Of a stretch of DNA of 36,674 nucleotides, positions 31,864 to 36,674 are shown one piece after another. This stretch comes from Chloroflexota bacterium. Its GTDB lineage: Bacteria > Chloroflexota > Limnocylindria > Limnocylindrales > CSP1-4. Location of the stretch: the NCBI GenBank assembly GCA_031404615.1, contig JANNHX010000173.1:1-36674 (forward strand), read 5' to 3'. Made by a program: the position numbers and the translations under genes. Each line of letters opens with the position of its first letter. The stretch's first letter is position 1. Below the pieces are notes generated by a model that saw nothing but the letters and a program-made list of their open reading frames with translations, was not told the DNA's origin and did not search any database.

Positions 31864-33351
31864 ATGCCCGAGCCCACGCTGACCGTCCCCGCCGAGCCCG
31901 CCGAGGTATCGCGTGTCGGCGACCTGCTGCGGCGGCTGGCACCCGCCCTCGAGGGCTTCCTGGCCCCGACGGGCGACACTGGGTTCCCGCCGTACGTCCC
32001 CGGCACCCTCCCGTCCGAGGCGGCCCCGCTCCCCGACGACGGCATCGGCCCCGACGCGACGCTCGACGAGCTCGCGCTGGCGGTGGAGCACGGCAGCCGC
32101 ATGAACACGCCCGGCTGGCTCGGGTTCATCACGACGGGTCCCTCCACGGTCCCGGCCGTCGCCTCGACCGCCGCCGTCATCGCGGGCGGCCAGCGGTACA
32201 CCCTCCACGCGTTCAATGCCCTCGAGCGCACGGGGCTGCGCTGGCTCGCGGAGCTGTGCGGGCTGCCGGCCGGCGTGACCGGCGTCTTCTCCAGCGGCGG
32301 CTCGACGGCGAACCTGATCGCGCTGGGCACCGCCCGGCAGGCCGCCTTCGAGGGCCTCGGCCACGATGTCTCGGAGCACGGGCTGCCTTCCGGCGTCCGC
32401 GCGCGGATCTACGGCTCGACAGCGGCCCACCGCACGATCCACCGGGCGGCGGCCGTGCTTGGCCTGGGGCGGCAGGGCGTCGTCGAGATCCCGGTCGACC
32501 CCGACGGCCGCATCGTCCTCGCGGAGCTGGAGGCGGCGCTCGCCCGCGACGCGCGCGAAGGCACCGTTCCGGTCGCGGTCGTCGCCATCGCGGGTGTCAC
32601 CGATACCGGGTCGGTCGACGCGATTGCGCAGGTCGGCGCGATCGCCCGCCGGTTCGGCGCCTGGCTCCACGTCGATGGCGCCTACGGCCTGCCCGCGAAC
32701 GCGTCGCCGGCCCTGCGGCACCTGTTCACGGGCATCGAGGATGCCGACTCCTGGATCGTCGATCCGCACAAGTGGCTCGCGACGGGGATCGGGATCGGGG
32801 CGACGTTCGTGCGCGACGAGGAGCTGCTCACGCGAGCCTTCGCCGAAGGTGAGGCCGCCTATCTCGAGGGCGCGTTCTCGCCCGACGACGTCCAGGCGTC
32901 GTCCCAGTTCGACTCCATGGCCGGCCGCTGGGCCGACCAGGGCGTTGAGCTCTCGGCGCCGCCGCGCGGTGTGCTCGTCTGGGCCGTCCTCCGCGAGATC
33001 GGCCGGCAGGGGATGATCGACCGGGTGGACCGGCACGTCGCGTTCGCCCGAACCGTCGCAGACGCGGCAATCGCCCATTCGCGCCTCGAGCTCATGATGG
33101 AGCCCCAGCTCTCCGTGGCCTGTTTCCGCTACGTGCCCCAAGGCGGGCTGCCGGACGCGGACCTCGATGCGCTGAACGCGCGCATCCTGGAGCGCCTCAG
33201 AGCCGAGACGCCGATCGCGCCGTCCAGCACGCGCGTGGGCGGCCTATTTGCGATCCGCCCCTGCTTCGTCAACCCCCGGACGACCGAGCGCGAGGTGGAG
33301 GCCCTGGTGGACGCGGTCGTCCGGATCGGCGACCGGCTCTCGACGGGCTGA
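31864..33351 (+). CDS. Pyridoxal-phosphate-dependent decarboxylase (group II, fold-type I)
   Basis: FSSGGSTANLIALGTAR, HVDGAYG and the PLP-lysine context IVDPHKWL. ATG at 31864 has GGGAGGA upstream. Confidence 0.85.
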   Translation: MPEPTLTVPAEPAEVSRVGDLLRRLAPALEGFLAPTGDTGFPPYVPGTLPSEAAPLPDDGIGPDATLDELALAVEHGSRMNTPGWLGFITTGPSTVPAVASTAAVIAGGQRYTLHAFNALERTGLRWLAELCGLPAGVTGVFSSGGSTANLIALGTARQAAFEGLGHDVSEHGLPSGVRARIYGSTAAHRTIHRAAAVLGLGRQGVVEIPVDPDGRIVLAELEAALARDAREGTVPVAVVAIAGVTDTGSVDAIAQVGAIARRFGAWLHVDGAYGLPANASPALRHLFTGIEDADSWIVDPHKWLATGIGIGATFVRDEELLTRAFAEGEAAYLEGAFSPDDVQASSQFDSMAGRWADQGVELSAPPRGVLVWAVLREIGRQGMIDRVDRHVAFARTVADAAIAHSRLELMMEPQLSVACFRYVPQGGLPDADLDALNARILERLRAETPIAPSSTRVGGLFAIRPCFVNPRTTEREVEALVDAVVRIGDRLSTG

Positions 33352-33519
33352 CGGGCCGGAGCGGGTCTGGTGCCTGCGTCCCGGCCGTCGGTCTCAGGGC
33401 TCCGCCATCGCGCGCAGCCTCCCGGGAGACGGGCAGGTCGGCCGTCGAGGCAGCGTCATCGGCTGACGGGGGGACACATCCCAGCGGCAGGATCCACCGC
33501 GTCCGGTCGAAGCCTGCTG

Positions 33520-35307
33520 TCAGTCCACCGTGAGCGTCTTGCTGAGGTTGCGCGGGAAGTCCGGGTCGAAGCCGCGGAGCACGCTCATGTGATACGAGAG
33601 CAGCTGCAGTGGCAGGACGCTGAGCAGGGCGTTGACCTGCGGGTCCGATCCAGGGATGGCGACCAGGACGTCGCCGTTGGCACGCAGGCGCGCGTCCTCC
33701 TCGGCGATCGTGATGGTCCGTGCCCCGCGCACCCTGACCTCGTTCATCCCGCTGATGATGAGCGGGACATCGGCCGGGCCCGCGACGAACACGATCGGGA
33801 AGCCGGCGGTCACCGCGGACAGCGGGCCGTGCTTGAACTCGGTCGACAGCATCCCCTCGCAGTGCGCGTACGTGATCTCCTTGAGCTTGAGGGCACCCTC
33901 GAGGGCGATCGGGTAGGTCGCGCCGTAGCCGAGGCAGTACAGGTTCTCCCAGGCGTTGATCTCGGCGGCGATCGACTCGACCTGGCCGGCCACGGCCGCC
34001 AGCGTCTCCTCCATGAGGTCCGGCACGTGCGCCAGCAGAGCCGTGTCTCGACCCGCCATGCGGTAGGCGAGGTAGAGGAAGGCCAGGACCTGGTTCGTGA
34101 ACGTCTTGGTTGCCGGCACGCTGATCTCGTAGCCGCAACCGAGCGGCAGGCACAGCCGGGCGGCCCGGGTCAGCGTCGAGCCGACCACGTTGGCCAGCCC
34201 GAAGCAGGCCATCCCCTGCCGCTCTGCGGCCTCGAGGGCATTGAGGACGTCCTTCGTCTCGCCGGACTGGCTGACGAAGATCCCCATGTCTTCGGGGCCC
34301 ACCGCGGGCGCGTACTGGGCGATGAACTGCGGGGCCAGCACGGGGATCGCGGCGCGCCCGGCAATCTGGGCGAGATAGACGGAGCCGACCGAGGCGGCGT
34401 GGAAGCTCGTGCCGCAGCCGACCAGGTAAAGATGCCGGGCGCTCCGCATCTGCGCCACCAGGGGCGCCACGTCCGCGCTCGCGTCCAGCAGGTGCAGGAG
34501 CTCGCGGGCGACCTGCGGCTGCTCGTGGATCTCCTTCGCCATGAAGTGCGCGTAGCCGCCCTTGCGGACCGCGTCCATCGACTCGGTGACGACCTCGACC
34601 GGGCGGTCCACGAGGCTGCCGTCCTCCACCGAGCGGACCTCGACCCGGTCCGCCCACAGCGTCACGATCTCCCCGTCGAGCGGCCGGATCACGTTCCGCG
34701 TCAGGGGCAGGAGGGATGGCAGGTCCGATGACACACAGGTGAATCCGTCGCCGATCCCGACGACGAGGCCGGACCCCTTCTTGAACGCGTACAGCCGGTC
34801 GTCGTCCGCGCGCCCGATCACGAACGCGTAGTCGCCCTCCAGGTCGCCGTACGCGAGACGGATCGCGTCGACGAGATCGTGGCCCCGCCGGATGTGGCGC
34901 TCCACGGCATGAACACAGGTCTCGCCGTCGTTGTCCGAGCGAACCGTCATCCCCTCGGCCACGAACTCCACGCGAAGCTCGGCGTTGTTGACGACGTTGC
35001 CGTTGTGCGCCCCGACCATGGAGCCGTCGGAGTCGAGGTGCGGCTGGGCATTGACCTGCGACGGCTCGCCGAACGTCGCCCAGCGCAGCTGCGTGATTCC
35101 GCGACTGCCACGCATCTCCGCGAAGTTGTGGCGCGCCGCAACCGCGTCGACCTTGCCCACGTCCTTGCGCAGGTCGATCCTGCCGTCCCGGAAGGTCGCC
35201 GCCCCCACGGAGTCATAGCCGCGGTAGGTGAGCCGCTGCGCGGCCTCCACCAGGATCGGCCCGAGGGCCTCGTCCTGGTCGGTCACGTAGCCAAAGACGC
35301 CACACAC
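33520..35307 (-). CDS. glmS: Glutamine--fructose-6-phosphate aminotransferase (isomerising)
   Basis: The GTG start at 35307 is followed directly by Cys (CGVFGYV), the Ntn-amidotransferase nucleophile. There are two SIS domains with SQSGETKD, and the C-terminus is NLSKTLTVD. The upstream 67 codons of the longest ORF are rejected. Confidence 0.95.
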   Translation of the reverse strand: MCGVFGYVTDQDEALGPILVEAAQRLTYRGYDSVGAATFRDGRIDLRKDVGKVDAVAARHNFAEMRGSRGITQLRWATFGEPSQVNAQPHLDSDGSMVGAHNGNVVNNAELRVEFVAEGMTVRSDNDGETCVHAVERHIRRGHDLVDAIRLAYGDLEGDYAFVIGRADDDRLYAFKKGSGLVVGIGDGFTCVSSDLPSLLPLTRNVIRPLDGEIVTLWADRVEVRSVEDGSLVDRPVEVVTESMDAVRKGGYAHFMAKEIHEQPQVARELLHLLDASADVAPLVAQMRSARHLYLVGCGTSFHAASVGSVYLAQIAGRAAIPVLAPQFIAQYAPAVGPEDMGIFVSQSGETKDVLNALEAAERQGMACFGLANVVGSTLTRAARLCLPLGCGYEISVPATKTFTNQVLAFLYLAYRMAGRDTALLAHVPDLMEETLAAVAGQVESIAAEINAWENLYCLGYGATYPIALEGALKLKEITYAHCEGMLSTEFKHGPLSAVTAGFPIVFVAGPADVPLIISGMNEVRVRGARTITIAEEDARLRANGDVLVAIPGSDPQVNALLSVLPLQLLSYHMSVLRGFDPDFPRNLSKTLTVD

Positions 35308-35553
35308 CCTGCGGATCTCCCGGTTCGGCGGTGTCGGGGCTGATCGCCTCGTCAACCGCTGCCTGCTATGGTGCCGACTCCCGCGTGTGGATGTCGCGAC
35401 CGACAGCTGGCGAGGTGCCGCGACCTCGGAGGGTCGTCTCAGGTCGTGAGCCGGGCCCGTCAGCATCGACGGGAACGACCTGTGGTCCTCGCTCGCGCAC
35501 CAGCTCACGCTACCGGCAGGTCGGGCGGGCCATACCGGTGCGGTATAGCCTGA

Positions 35554-36674
<1,121 letters not shown>

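Overview
This is a 36.7-kb high-GC (about 70% by eye) bacterial chromosomal window that is almost fully coding. Strong GGAGG-type Shine-Dalgarno sites, frequent GTG/TTG starts and a lipoprotein-type solute-binding protein suggest a monoderm high-GC lineage (Actinobacteria/Chloroflexi-like), but the lineage cannot be determined here. I see no rRNA, tRNA, CRISPR, transposase/integrase or phage genes. Layout: (1) nt 1-733 holds the 3' end of a ferredoxin-reductase-type flavoprotein plus a truncated gene remnant. (2) nt 734-25737 is a ~25-kb accessory-looking catabolic island. It consists of tightly coupled transcription units that radiate from three AT-rich divergent promoter regions, each carrying the exact 8-mer ATACCAAT. 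The units are: [FAD amine-oxidase-like, mutarotase-like, MFS, metallophosphoesterase, non-Pyl MttB-family methyltransferase] <-> [GntR/HutC regulator, SIS, SDR, FAD oxidoreductase, ROK kinase, phosphotriesterase-like lactonase]; [corrinoid protein, URO-D/MtaA-family methyltransferase, distant UROD/MetE-like protein] <-> [second URO-D/MtaA-family methyltransferase]; [CUT2-type sugar ABC transporter SBP-ATPase-permease, 1126-aa DUF5107/TPR protein] <-> [KDPG/KHG-aldolase-like]. (3) nt 25738-36674 holds ordinary housekeeping genes: a decayed cysH, a YCII-like protein, an M24 peptidase, a SAM methyltransferase, DUF1801, amtB-glnK, a PLP decarboxylase, glmS and argG. The most interesting signal is a cobalamin (corrinoid)-dependent methyl-transfer module sitting inside a monosaccharide-type uptake/phosphorylation/oxidation/aldolase locus under an apparently shared operator. 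The module comprises a corrinoid protein, three UROD-superfamily proteins and a distal MttB homologue. It is a candidate uncharacterised pathway for demethylating and then catabolising a methylated sugar/cyclitol or a sugar-like quaternary amine. All functional calls come from my own reading of the translated ORFs (motifs and family resemblance), not from database searches.
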